Positions 8,583 to 17,721 of a DNA stretch of 64,000 nt are shown here, piece after piece. A program made the position numbers and the translations under genes. The stretch is from an uncultured bacterium. GTDB lineage: Bacteria > SAR324 > NAC60-12. Under the pieces are notes generated by a model. The model did no database searches. It was not told the origin of the DNA and saw nothing but the letters and a program-made list of their open reading frames with translations. Location of the stretch: contig CBFIJD010000003.1 of assembly GCA_965662845.1 (NCBI GenBank), positions 387 through 64,386 on the forward strand. The letters are read 5' to 3'. Within the stretch, counting starts at the first letter, position 1. Each line of letters opens with the position of its first letter.

Positions 8583-10325
8583 TTAACTCTCCAGTAAAGT
8601 CAGCACTGACTGTGGCACTTGGTTCGCCTGCGCCAGCATTGCGGTTCCAGAAGACATCAAGATTTGGTTCTTGACGAGGTCACTCATTTCTTCCGCCATG
8701 TCTGCATCTGCTAGGGTCGACTCGGCAGAGGTCATGTTTTCTTTGGAGATGCGCAGGTTGTTCAGGTTGGCTTCCAGAGCGTTCTTCTGGAAGGAGCCCA
8801 AGTCCCCGCGCAGGGAGGAGACCTCTTCAATCGCGGCGTCGATCATCCTCAGAGCGTCGGTAGCCGCTTCGTAGCTGAGGACTTCGATGTCGTTGAGGCT
8901 GCGGAACTGGCTGTCGTTGTCAATGTTTCGTGACAAGTTGGCTGGGTGCACGCTCTGGATTGAGAGCTTGCGCTGCTGTCCTTCGTTGGGCCCGACTTGG
9001 AAAGCCAAGGAGCGTTGGCTGACGTGGACATAGCCGTCGATGTCCTCACCGATCATCTCGTCGCGCTCCATCTGGCGAATCAGCATCCCCGCAATTTCGT
9101 TGTTCTTGCGGTTGAAGACTTCATAGACGATGTCGTCGGGCTCTGCGGAGTAGCGGATGGTCAACCCTTCCGCGACGGTTCCGGGAGCTGCCGTGAGCTG
9201 CTGTCCGTCTCCGATGGCCGGTTCGCCGCTGCCAGTTTCAGGGTCGCCCCCGATGGTTCCTTCCACATCTCGTCCCGGAATCGCAAAGACCGCTTTGTTG
9301 GGGGGCGCGTCTGGCTCGAAGAAATCTGCGATCTCGGTCGAGACCGTGAAGTTGGGAGTGCTGCCGTATTCGCGGTGGCGGATGACGATCACTTCTTCGT
9401 TCGCCAGCTTGTTGAACTCGCTCAAGACCTCTTCACTGGGGAACTGATCCATTTTGGTCAGGACATCTTCCAGCGCGTCAAAGTCGGAGAGCTGGTTGCC
9501 GATGCTGTTGAGCGGCTTGTATACCATCACGTCCAGTTTCATGCCGGCTTCGTCGGCTTGGCGCTGCATTTCTGCGGCGATCAGCTGCTGAACCGCGAGA
9601 GCGGTACGCTCTTCAATACTAGGCTCATCACTGGTGAGCGCTACGGTGCGCAGCCGCTCCACTTGGCGAAAAAGCTCCAAGTTGTCTTTGATGTTGATCT
9701 CTACGGTGCGGCCCCCTTCGCTGATGACAAAGGACTGGTACACGTCTTCTAGGTCGATAGTGCGCTCGGCCACAACCATGGCTCGGGTCGCGGGCTGCGT
9801 AATGTTGATTTTGAACCCTTCTGCTGGCGAGGAGCGGGTGAATTCGCTGGCCTCGACGAAGTCCATGCCGTTGCCGACCGCCACTCCCGAGACCGCGTTG
9901 CTTCCGTCTAGCAGCGAGCGGGTGCCGAACTGGGTGTTCTGAGCGATGTTCCCCAAGGTGGCGAGCAAGTTCTCAACTTCGCCTTGGTTGGCTTGCAGCA
10001 TTTTCTCGTCGTTGGTCGCTTCGTTCGCGGAGTGAACCGCGAGCTGGCGGAGGTTGAGGAGGATGTTGCTCACTTCGCTGAGGGCTCCTTCGGTCGTTTG
10101 GATCATCGAGATCGATGTCTCCGAATTCCGGATCGCTTGTCCCAATGCGTTGATTTGCGCTTTCATTTGCTCGGAAATAACCAACTCAGCCGGACCATCG
10201 GCGGCACGATTTAGGCGTCTCCCTGAGGAGAGACGTTCCAGATTTCGCGTCAGTGCCTTTTCCGTTTGATTCAAATTTCGCAGGGCGTTGAGTGCCGCAA
10301 TATTTGAATTGACCCGAAGTGCCAT
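8583..10325 (-). CDS. fliC: Flagellin (581 aa)
   Basis: The conserved flagellin N-terminus is present: MALRVNSNIAALNALRNLNQTEKALTRNLERLSSGRRLNRAADGPAELVISEQM... So is the C-terminus ..LRGDLGSFQKNALEANLNNLRISKENMTSAESTLADADMAEEMSDLVKNQILMSSGTAMLAQANQVPQSVLTLL. A GGAG precedes the ATG at 10325. The ORF-track start at 10427 is an upstream extension. Confidence 0.9.
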   Translation of the reverse strand: MALRVNSNIAALNALRNLNQTEKALTRNLERLSSGRRLNRAADGPAELVISEQMKAQINALGQAIRNSETSISMIQTTEGALSEVSNILLNLRQLAVHSANEATNDEKMLQANQGEVENLLATLGNIAQNTQFGTRSLLDGSNAVSGVAVGNGMDFVEASEFTRSSPAEGFKINITQPATRAMVVAERTIDLEDVYQSFVISEGGRTVEINIKDNLELFRQVERLRTVALTSDEPSIEERTALAVQQLIAAEMQRQADEAGMKLDVMVYKPLNSIGNQLSDFDALEDVLTKMDQFPSEEVLSEFNKLANEEVIVIRHREYGSTPNFTVSTEIADFFEPDAPPNKAVFAIPGRDVEGTIGGDPETGSGEPAIGDGQQLTAAPGTVAEGLTIRYSAEPDDIVYEVFNRKNNEIAGMLIRQMERDEMIGEDIDGYVHVSQRSLAFQVGPNEGQQRKLSIQSVHPANLSRNIDNDSQFRSLNDIEVLSYEAATDALRMIDAAIEEVSSLRGDLGSFQKNALEANLNNLRISKENMTSAESTLADADMAEEMSDLVKNQILMSSGTAMLAQANQVPQSVLTLLES

Positions 10326-10374
10326 CGTGACTCCATTAACTCGATAAAATCGAAAAAATCTTTGTTTGCAGCTG

Positions 10375-10401
10375 ATATCGGCGTCTTGTTGAGAAACTTT
10401 A
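10375..10401 (-). promoter_or_regulatory. Sigma-28 (FliA) promoter of fliC
   Basis: The minus strand reads TAAAGTTT-ctcaacaagac(N11)-GCCGATAT, against the consensus TAAAGTTT-N11-GCCGATAA. It lies about 50 nt upstream of the fliC ATG. Confidence 0.8.
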
Positions 10402-10503
10402 GCGTTTTTTTTCGCCCTCGCTACCAAACTTTCTGTTTGCAGACTGTATCGACCCTCGCCACAATTTCTTTAGCGTTTTTTTGCGCACTTTCTCGCTAAC
10501 CCT

Positions 10504-11592
10504 TTGATTTCTCTCGCCATGCCGCTCCCTGCCTTGTCTCGTTTTCAAGCTCAACTACTGGAATGGTTCGCCGCACAACAGCGGAAATTGCCGTGGCGGC
10601 AAGACTACGCGCCTTATGGGGTGTGGATTTCTGAGATGATGCTACAGCAGACGCGTGTCACCACAGTCCTCTCCTATTATGAACGCTGGATGCGGGAATT
10701 GCCCGACATCGCCAGCGTTGCCGCTGCAGAAGAGGCGCAGCTGCTGAAACTCTGGGAGGGACTCGGCTATTACTCGCGCGTGAGGAACATTCAAAAGGCG
10801 GCGCGGCAAATCTGTACCGAACACGGCGGGGCGTTTCCAACAGATTTTGCGGCGATTCGTCGCTTGCCCGGCATTGGCCCTTACACCGCAGGCGCCATCG
10901 CCAGCATCGCCTTTGAGCAAGACCGCCCCATTGTCGACGGCAACGTCGTCCGCGTCGCGTGTCGTGTGTTCCACATCACTGACAACCCCAAGGAGAGCGA
11001 CGTGCAAAAGCGCCTGTGGAACATCGCCGCCGCTTGGATCCCCGCTGGTCAAGCGCGACACTTCAACCAAGCGGTGATGGAGCTCGGCGCGACGGTGTGC
11101 CATGTCCAGCAGCCCACTTGCCTGCTTTGTCCGGTGCAAGAGCATTGTCAGGCTTACGCCGCAGGCACCACCGAGCGGGTGCCCTACAAAGCGCCACGCA
11201 GAGCCGCAACTCCCGTCACCAAAGCCGTCTTGCTGCTGGAACAAGACAACGCCTTTTTAGTCCAACGGCCTGAAGTCGGCCTCATGCAAGGACTCTGGCT
11301 CTTTCCTGAGTTTGTCAGCTCCAACGACGCCTCCCCTTGGGACACCTTGTGCGCCCGCTGGCAACAAGCCCGACGCCCCACGCTACAGCGACAACAGACG
11401 CTCGCTCCCCTCACGCACAGCTACACTACGTTTCGGGCGACGTTGCATCCGTTTCAGGCTCGGCTTCCAGCTGACGCGGCGCTCGCGCTCCTCCCCGAAG
11501 AGCGCTGGGTTCCGTCAGCAGAACTTTGGGAGTTGGCGATGCCTTCTGCACACAGCAAGCTGCGAGCGCAGGTTTGCGCTCCGGCGGCCTAG
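10504..11592 (+). CDS. mutY: A/G-specific adenine DNA glycosylase MutY
   Basis: ..LLEWFAAQQRKLPWRQDYAPYGVWISEMMLQQTRV..LPGIGPYTAGAIASIAF..VDGNVVRV... is an HhH-GPD fold. The 4Fe-4S Cys cluster is CHVQQPTCLLCPVQEHC, and a C-terminal NUDIX-like domain follows. Confidence 0.9.
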   Translation: MISLAMPLPALSRFQAQLLEWFAAQQRKLPWRQDYAPYGVWISEMMLQQTRVTTVLSYYERWMRELPDIASVAAAEEAQLLKLWEGLGYYSRVRNIQKAARQICTEHGGAFPTDFAAIRRLPGIGPYTAGAIASIAFEQDRPIVDGNVVRVACRVFHITDNPKESDVQKRLWNIAAAWIPAGQARHFNQAVMELGATVCHVQQPTCLLCPVQEHCQAYAAGTTERVPYKAPRRAATPVTKAVLLLEQDNAFLVQRPEVGLMQGLWLFPEFVSSNDASPWDTLCARWQQARRPTLQRQQTLAPLTHSYTTFRATLHPFQARLPADAALALLPEERWVPSAELWELAMPSAHSKLRAQVCAPAA

Positions 11593-11956
11593 CGTTCCCT
11601 GCGGCCAGAGACCCTCGCGCCAAGCCCCGCTTAGTTGCTGAGCACAGAGAGTCGCGGCCGATCTCACGAAACATTTTTTGAGATACAAAAGCTGGCAACT
11701 TGCTGGCCCAATCCTCATACTGTCACACTTTTTTGCTCAACACACACTCGCGCCTCTCCTCTGCACAGTCCCCATGCGCTCCGACGCTACTGAAAAATAG
11801 CGCGCTTCCCGTGCGCGGGTACTTGACGGCGAGGCGTAGAGCGCTACCCCGTTCCGTTTGCCCCCCAGCCGCTGTCTCGGCGCACATCGCCATGGAGTGG
11901 CGAGAGTGAGGTTCGCTGCGACACCACGAAGACGGTACGGTTTCCCCAAGACACTC

Positions 11957-13846
11957 ATGAATCATCGTCCACTCTTTCAGCAGCTGCTCTTGCTGCTGTG
12001 TCTTCCTCTGCTGCTGCTGTTGCTGCTCTCTGGCGTACTCGCGGGACAGTGGTGGCAAGAGTGGGACAAAACACAACAGAGCATAAGCGAAGCCCAAGAG
12101 ATTGCACGCATCACAGAGTTGCAGCACCATCTGCAACGCGAGCGAGGTTTGTCGTTGGGCTTTACCGCAGCACAGAGACAACGCTTTGTGGAAGAGTTAG
12201 CCGAGCAACGCGAGCACACCGGCGTCCTCTGGCAGGCGGCGCCGTTTCGCCCAGAGCCGCTTTCCCAGCTCCAGCAACTACGCGAACTCATCGACAAGGG
12301 GGCTTTGCCTCCCGAGCGGATTGTGCAGCGCTATCGCGGCTGGATCGACCAGCTCCAGCGACGCTCTGAACAGCTCAGCGACTCTTTCTCCCTGACGACC
12401 TATCACAAGTGGACGGCGCTCACACAACTGCAGCAAGCCAAAGAACAAGCCGGTCTGGAGCGCGCGCTCTTAACAGCGGCCTTCTCACGCAACTATTGGC
12501 CTGCCGACGCAGAAGCTTTTTGGCAAGAGACGCGCTGGGAACAGCGCCTGCTGCTCAAGCAGTTCACACTCTCTCTCCCTGACTGGGAGGCCCGATTGTC
12601 TCAATCACTCCGTGGCGCCGCTGGCGCCGAGCAGCTCGCGGCGATGCGGCGGATTGCTCAAGAGCGCTGGGGCGCGTTTGACCAAGACCCCGAGCGGTGG
12701 TGGGAATTTGCTACGGCGCGGATCGATGTGATGTATGAAGTGGAGCGAGCGCTGCTGGCTGAGATGACCCGCGAAGCTCAGGAGCAAGGAGCACAAGTCC
12801 AGCAAGAGCTAGGATTAGGGGTCTTGCTGCTCTTGCTCAGCCTGCCCACGGTTTGGGGAGTGACGCTGGGGCTGGGGAAAAAGCTCGCGCACCCCCTGGT
12901 GAAAATTCGAAAACGCCTAGAAGACATGGTGACCAACGAGCAATATCATCCGGAATTGATGCAACAGCAGCTCTATCAGCTTGACCTGAACCATCTCCCA
13001 GCGGGCTGTGCAGAGGTGCAAACGATGCTCTCGGCGCTGGGGCGCTTTCAACAACACCTGCTAGAAATCAACGGCAAAATGGTCGCCTCCGAAGAAGAGC
13101 TGCGTGTGACCAACGAACACCTCTTGGCCACCCAACAAGATCTGCTCATCGCGACCCGGCGCGAGTCCATGAATGAAATGCTCTCGATGTTGGCCCATCA
13201 ATGGCGGCAGCCGCTGTCACAGATCAACTCAATGGCCGCCAACATCCAGCTCCAGAGTCAATTCTTAGACGGCCCTACCCAGAAGATTCAGCTGAAGGCC
13301 GAGCAGATTCAACAAGCGACGCAACAGCTCTCCCACACCATCAAGGAGTTTCGCAAACTCTTTGAAGAGAACCCGCGTCCGACCTCGGTGCCTCTGCCCA
13401 AGCTGCTGCAACAGCTGCTGCAGCAAGAGCAACCGCTGATGAGCGAGGCGAAGATTCAGCTGATTACCGAGATCTCTGAAGACTTGCCGCCGCTCGTGAC
13501 CATTGCCAGCGAGATTGAAACCGTGGTGCGCGAACTTCAGCAAAATGCGATGGAAGCCTTAGAGCACAAGCCTGCGAACGCTTCTCGACAGCTCACAGTG
13601 CGGCTCTATGCACAAGAAGACGGCGCCCAAATCATTGAAGTGGAAGACAACGCTGGGGGCGTCCCGGAAGAGGTGCTGCCCAAAATTTTTGAGCCTTACT
13701 TCTCGACCAAAAAGCAACGTCACGGCGTTGGGCTTGGCCTCTACACTTGTCGCATGCTCGCCGAGCAACACCTCCGCGGACGGCTTGAGTGCCACAACCA
13801 CAAGCACGGCGCCTGCTTTCGCTTCACCGTGGCGCCGCTTTTGTAG
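11957..13846 (+). CDS. Sensor histidine kinase with a predicted TM segment, an N-terminal NIT-like (nitrate/nitrite-sensing) domain and HisKA-HATPase
   Basis: A Leu-rich TM segment (LLLLLCLPLLLLLLL) follows MNHRPLF... A periplasmic helical domain (..RALLTAAFSRNYWPADAEAFWQETRWEQ..) follows. The kinase core is ..MLAHQWRQPLSQI.. with ..EVEDNAGGVPEEVLPKIFEPYFSTKK..GVGLGLYTCRMLAEQHL... The NIT assignment is an inference from the pattern. Confidence 0.65.
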   Translation: MNHRPLFQQLLLLLCLPLLLLLLLSGVLAGQWWQEWDKTQQSISEAQEIARITELQHHLQRERGLSLGFTAAQRQRFVEELAEQREHTGVLWQAAPFRPEPLSQLQQLRELIDKGALPPERIVQRYRGWIDQLQRRSEQLSDSFSLTTYHKWTALTQLQQAKEQAGLERALLTAAFSRNYWPADAEAFWQETRWEQRLLLKQFTLSLPDWEARLSQSLRGAAGAEQLAAMRRIAQERWGAFDQDPERWWEFATARIDVMYEVERALLAEMTREAQEQGAQVQQELGLGVLLLLLSLPTVWGVTLGLGKKLAHPLVKIRKRLEDMVTNEQYHPELMQQQLYQLDLNHLPAGCAEVQTMLSALGRFQQHLLEINGKMVASEEELRVTNEHLLATQQDLLIATRRESMNEMLSMLAHQWRQPLSQINSMAANIQLQSQFLDGPTQKIQLKAEQIQQATQQLSHTIKEFRKLFEENPRPTSVPLPKLLQQLLQQEQPLMSEAKIQLITEISEDLPPLVTIASEIETVVRELQQNAMEALEHKPANASRQLTVRLYAQEDGAQIIEVEDNAGGVPEEVLPKIFEPYFSTKKQRHGVGLGLYTCRMLAEQHLRGRLECHNHKHGACFRFTVAPLL

Positions 13847-14010
13847 TGCCCTCGGCGTCGCTAGCGCGCTCATGATCCAATCCTGTGCCTCCCACACAGA
13901 ATCCGCAATCCGCTGGTCGCGCAGCGGGTCGCAAAAAAACGGGCAACCGGCCCTCTTCGCCGTCTGCCTCGCGTCCTCGTGACGCATTTTTCGTCCTAAC
14001 GAGATCTGTC

Positions 14011-15072
14011 ATGAAATCCATCACAAAGCTGTTTCGCGCCCCGTCTCTGACGAGCCTCGCGAAGACCTGCGGCTGAGCCGCCAAGCTCAACCCGGTCGGG
14101 TTGCAAAAACTCCTAGCTTCCTTGCCGCGCAACGAGGACGCGAACCTGCTCGTTGGTTTTGAGACCAGCGACGACGCCGGCGTGTATCGCCTGAATGACG
14201 AGCAAGCGATGATCGTCACCGCGGACTACATCACGCCACCTTGTGATGACCCGCACCTGTTTGGTCAGATTGCCGCGGCCAATGCTCTCAGCGACGTGTA
14301 TGCGATGGGAGGGCGGCCACTTACGTGCTTGAATTTGTTGGGATTTCCCGCAGACAAACTTGGCGAAGACGTGCTGCACGGCATCATCGCAGGAGCCGCA
14401 GAGAAGATTCGGGAAGCGGGCGCGGTGCTCGCGGGCGGTCACAGCATTGAAGATGAGGAGCCCAAATTTGGGCTTTCAGTGACAGGCATCGTGCACCCTG
14501 AGCGCGTTTGGAAGAATCACACCGCACAGGTTGGAGACGCGCTGCTGCTCACCAAACCGATTGGCAGCGGGGTCTTGCTCAACGCCAACCTCAAAGGCTG
14601 GGTCTCCCGCGCGGCGATGCAACAATGCTTCACCCATCTGGCGACGCTCAATCACGCGTCCGCAGCTGCCCTGCGTCCGTTCACGGTGCAGGCAGTGACT
14701 GACATCACAGGGTTTGGTTTAGCAGGGCATGCGCTGGAGATGGCGAAAGGCTGCGGGCACACCTTTGCCATTGATGTGGCCCAGGTGCCTTTCATGGAAG
14801 AAGCACAAGCGATGTATGAGCGCGGCATGAGCACAGGGGTCAACCTCGCGAACCGCTTGCTGGTCGCCGCGGACACCGAGTTCCCTGCCCATTTCACGGG
14901 GAGGCGGCAAGAGTTGTTGGTTGATCCACAAACTAGCGGCGGCTTACTCGTGGCGCTCCCCGAAGCCGAGGCCGAGCAGGCGCTCCAAGCTTTGCACGAC
15001 GCTGGCAGCGTCCACAGCGCTCGGATTGGCTCTGTGCAGCCTCGTGCCGCCAAAGCGCTGCGGTTCCGTTAG
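14011..15072 (+). CDS. selD: Selenide, water dikinase SelD (selenophosphate synthetase). It is a selenoprotein form with an in-frame UGA (Sec) codon at 14074-14076.
   Basis: ORFs 13885..14076 and 14101..15072 share one frame and are separated only by TGA. Read through, the N-terminus is MKSITKLFRAPSLTSLAKTCG-U-AAKLNPVGLQKLLASL... This aligns with the SelD N-terminal motif ..LTQYSHGAGCGCKISP.., with Sec in the Cys position. The remaining sequence is full-length SelD: ..NLLVGFETSDDAGVY..AANALSDVYAMGGRPL..AGGHSIEDEEPKFGLSVTG..TDITGFGLAGHALEMA.. Confidence 0.85.
14074..14104 (+). other. UGA selenocysteine recoding site plus bacterial SECIS-like hairpin
   Basis: TGA lies at 14074-14076. Eleven nt downstream is the hairpin caaccc-GGUC-gggttg, a 6-bp GC-rich stem with a GGUC apical loop, at about 14088-14103. 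This position and loop match fdhF-type SECIS elements. Confidence 0.6.
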
Positions 15073-17579
15073 CGTGACTGGAACTGCTGCAGACGCTGCT
15101 GTCCATAATTGAACATTTCTTTCATCAAAGCCTCGCCTGCGCCGAGCTTCTCTCCTATCTCACGCAACAGCGTTTGCTCCTCTTCAGAAAATTCTCGCTC
15201 AATCACGGCGATCTCGACCAGCTCGCGCATCATCATGTTCTTCACTTCTTGTGGCACATTCGGCAGAGGCACAAGCCCCTCTGTGGGTCCAAACACAATC
15301 ATCTCTTCTAAGGCCCGAATCTGCGCTGGGTTCTCCAGAGCGCGGACGGTGTGATGCAGATAGACCCGCTCACGCAGATCAATGCGTCCATCAGCCAAGA
15401 CCATGCGAACGATGGCCTGCAGATACCAAAATCGCTCCGCGTCGCTCAAGCGAGCGAGGAGGTCGGCGTTGAGCGGGCGGGCGTGTTTGTCGGCTTCTTC
15501 CGCTTCTTTTTGTAAGGCGCGGAACGATTGGATGGTTTTGGCAGCTTGCGCGTGGCCGTTCGTGGCCGCTTCCCGCAGCCAGTAGTACGCCTCGTCCCGA
15601 TTTTTGGGGACGCCTTTCCCGTGAAAGTGCATCACGCCCAGGTTGAACTGCGCTTTTGCGTGTCCTTTGACGGCGGCGTGATGGAAGGACGTGAACGCTT
15701 CCAGCTGCGCTTCGGGAGAGGGGTCTTTCATCTTCTCGGTGCCTTTGCGGAACCACTCTTCTGGAGCGATCTGGTCGTCTTCCGGCAACACGAGATGGCG
15801 AGTCGTCGAGGCGGCAGGTGCTGCGATAGCGTGGTGGCCAAGGTAATATTCCGGCACATCTACTTGGTCTGCGAACGCCAAAAAGAGCAGCCGATCTCCC
15901 GCTTCCACCGGCACTTGAGAGTGCGGGTTCACCAACAAGCGCGGTTGCTGCTCAATCGTCTTGATCAAGCCCACGGGCAAATGTCCGACCCGCAGTTTGA
16001 GCTCGTTGATGGTTCCCAGCCAGGTGCGAACATGCCAGTCACTGCGCAGTTGGCGCACAAACATCCGGCTCGTAGCAGCGCTGGTGGCAATGATTTGTTC
16101 CACCAATTGGCCCGTGCCGGCGTGCAACCCCGTTTGCACCAACAAAGGCGCGACTAGATCTTCTGCGTGGATGCAGAAGTCACAGCCGGCTTTGATGAGC
16201 TGTTGGTCAAAGTTGTCTTCGCGGTAGCTCGCAATCGTGAAAATGTCACCACCTGTGACTTGCTCCATCCGCAGCACGGCAATGAGGGTGTTGCCATCAT
16301 GTTGGTGGTCAATGAAAGCGACCTTCCCTTCTTGCGCCCGCGCAGAGCGGAAGGCTTGCTCGCTGGTGGAATGAAGATGAAGCCACTCTAGCTGCAAATC
16401 GGCAAATTCCGCGGCGAACTCCTCGACTTCCGAAATCACGACAATTTCGTCTTTGATGCCATGCTTTTGGAACTCTTGCAGCAGCCGCTGAATGAACTCT
16501 TGGCGATCCGAACAGATAATGATGTGTCCGACGGGCAAGAGTTCTTCCGAACCGAAGAACGGGCGAGCGTCGGCGACTTCGTCTCCTTTGCTCGTGGCCG
16601 GAGGGCAGACCGCGATCACCCGCAGGTCTTTGTTGAGCGTTTGATCGGCAGGAGGATTGACCAACACCGCGTCCTTTTGAACAATGCCCAACGGCATCAC
16701 ACCAGACTCTTTTTTGGTGGTGCAGACATAGTCGAGCCACTTTTGCCCCACACAGCGCTCTGGCACCGCGAGACTTTGCAGCGTCGGTGAGTGGGCGTCG
16801 CGCAAGATGATCTCTTGTAACCAAGAGGTCGAGCCTTGCTCCAGCAGCGCTTGGGCCATCAGCGGAATGTAGAGATCGCTCGCGTCAAGGGCATAGTCGC
16901 ACCCGACGTTCTCCAAGTGAATGCGGAAGTCTTCTCCGTGATATTGCGCGAGCGTGTTCGTCTGCCCCTTAGAGAGACTCTCGATCTGCATCACGCTCAT
17001 CAGCGTCAAGCTGTCGTCTTGGTAAGACACAAACGCGACCTTGGCCTGCTCTACCGACGCTTTTTGCAACACGCTGGTTTGGTAGGCAAACCCTGAGACC
17101 CACGAGACGCCCTTGAACTCAGGTGACGTTAAGAGAGGATGCTCGTTGTGTGGCCACACCAAGATGATGTTGTCCTGGTCGCGCTCGGTCTGGGGCATTT
17201 CGCTGAGAACAGTGTGCAAAAAGCCCACAGAGTCGGAACAGACCAGCGTGTGTTGCTTGCGCTTGATCGCGCTGAGTCCACGCTCTTTGCCCGACTGCAG
17301 CCCAAAGAAAAGATTTGACACCAGCGAGATGATCACCGCGTTGATCGTGACGCCAGATGCTAAAATCAAGATCCCGAAGACGCGCCCTTCGACCGTGGTC
17401 GGCGCCATGTCGCCATAGCCCACCGTTGTGAAGGTCACAATCGTCCACCACAGGCTATTGAAGAGACTCGCGAAGGGACTGTCTCCATACCCTTCCACGA
17501 GAAAGATGCCGACGCTTGAGAGGCTGATCAAGCCGGGCAGAATGATGATCAACAGCTTGTCTTTCAAATCCCATTTCAT
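15069..17579 (-). CDS. K+ channel fusion protein (836 aa): KcsA-like 2TM pore, two RCK/TrkA-like domains, Sel1 (TPR-like) repeats and a C-terminal TerB/DjlA-N-like domain
   Basis: The pore has two TM segments and the selectivity filter TTVGYGD (..WWTIVTFTTVGYGDMAP..). The internal segments ..HTLVCSDSVGFLHTVL.. and ..HIIICSDRQEFIQRLL.. resemble RCK Rossmann starts. Sel1 repeats are present (..GHAKAQFNLGVMHFHGKGVPKNRDEAYYWLREAATNGHAQAA..). The C-terminus ..FWYLQAIVRMVLADGRIDLRERVYL.. is TerB-like; this last assignment is an inference. Confidence 0.75.
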   Translation of the reverse strand: MKWDLKDKLLIIILPGLISLSSVGIFLVEGYGDSPFASLFNSLWWTIVTFTTVGYGDMAPTTVEGRVFGILILASGVTINAVIISLVSNLFFGLQSGKERGLSAIKRKQHTLVCSDSVGFLHTVLSEMPQTERDQDNIILVWPHNEHPLLTSPEFKGVSWVSGFAYQTSVLQKASVEQAKVAFVSYQDDSLTLMSVMQIESLSKGQTNTLAQYHGEDFRIHLENVGCDYALDASDLYIPLMAQALLEQGSTSWLQEIILRDAHSPTLQSLAVPERCVGQKWLDYVCTTKKESGVMPLGIVQKDAVLVNPPADQTLNKDLRVIAVCPPATSKGDEVADARPFFGSEELLPVGHIIICSDRQEFIQRLLQEFQKHGIKDEIVVISEVEEFAAEFADLQLEWLHLHSTSEQAFRSARAQEGKVAFIDHQHDGNTLIAVLRMEQVTGGDIFTIASYREDNFDQQLIKAGCDFCIHAEDLVAPLLVQTGLHAGTGQLVEQIIATSAATSRMFVRQLRSDWHVRTWLGTINELKLRVGHLPVGLIKTIEQQPRLLVNPHSQVPVEAGDRLLFLAFADQVDVPEYYLGHHAIAAPAASTTRHLVLPEDDQIAPEEWFRKGTEKMKDPSPEAQLEAFTSFHHAAVKGHAKAQFNLGVMHFHGKGVPKNRDEAYYWLREAATNGHAQAAKTIQSFRALQKEAEEADKHARPLNADLLARLSDAERFWYLQAIVRMVLADGRIDLRERVYLHHTVRALENPAQIRALEEMIVFGPTEGLVPLPNVPQEVKNMMMRELVEIAVIEREFSEEEQTLLREIGEKLGAGEALMKEMFNYGQQRLQQFQSR

Positions 17580-17721
17580 GCTACACTCCTATCCTTTTTC
17601 GCAAACTCAGCTTTGATAGCCGCGTTCCAGCCTGTTGATTTCAAGGGCTTTTTCGCGCTGTGGCGTCCACAATGAGCGCCATAGAAGTGATAAGCAAAAA
17701 TCCGACAGAAAGTGCAACCGT

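Noticed and set aside
8997-9752. 251-aa plus-strand ORF opposite the flagellin gene, and similar long antisense ORFs at 15528-16157, 16309-16824, 48163-49134, 48353-49189 and 35476-35995
   Set aside because: Each lies wholly inside a well-supported gene on the other strand. Their His/Arg/Val-rich compositions are typical of high-GC antisense frames.
13847-14010. Hairpin ccgctg-gtcgcg-cagcgg followed by an A-tract as a terminator for the histidine kinase gene
   Set aside because: On the plus strand the stem is followed by an A-run, not a U-run. On the minus strand the T-run precedes the stem. Neither orientation makes a canonical intrinsic terminator.
13885-14076. Separate 63-aa ORF upstream of selD
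   Set aside because: Only its last 21 codons, from the ATG at 14011, are real coding sequence. They are the N-terminus of selD, joined through a UGA Sec codon. It is not an independent gene.
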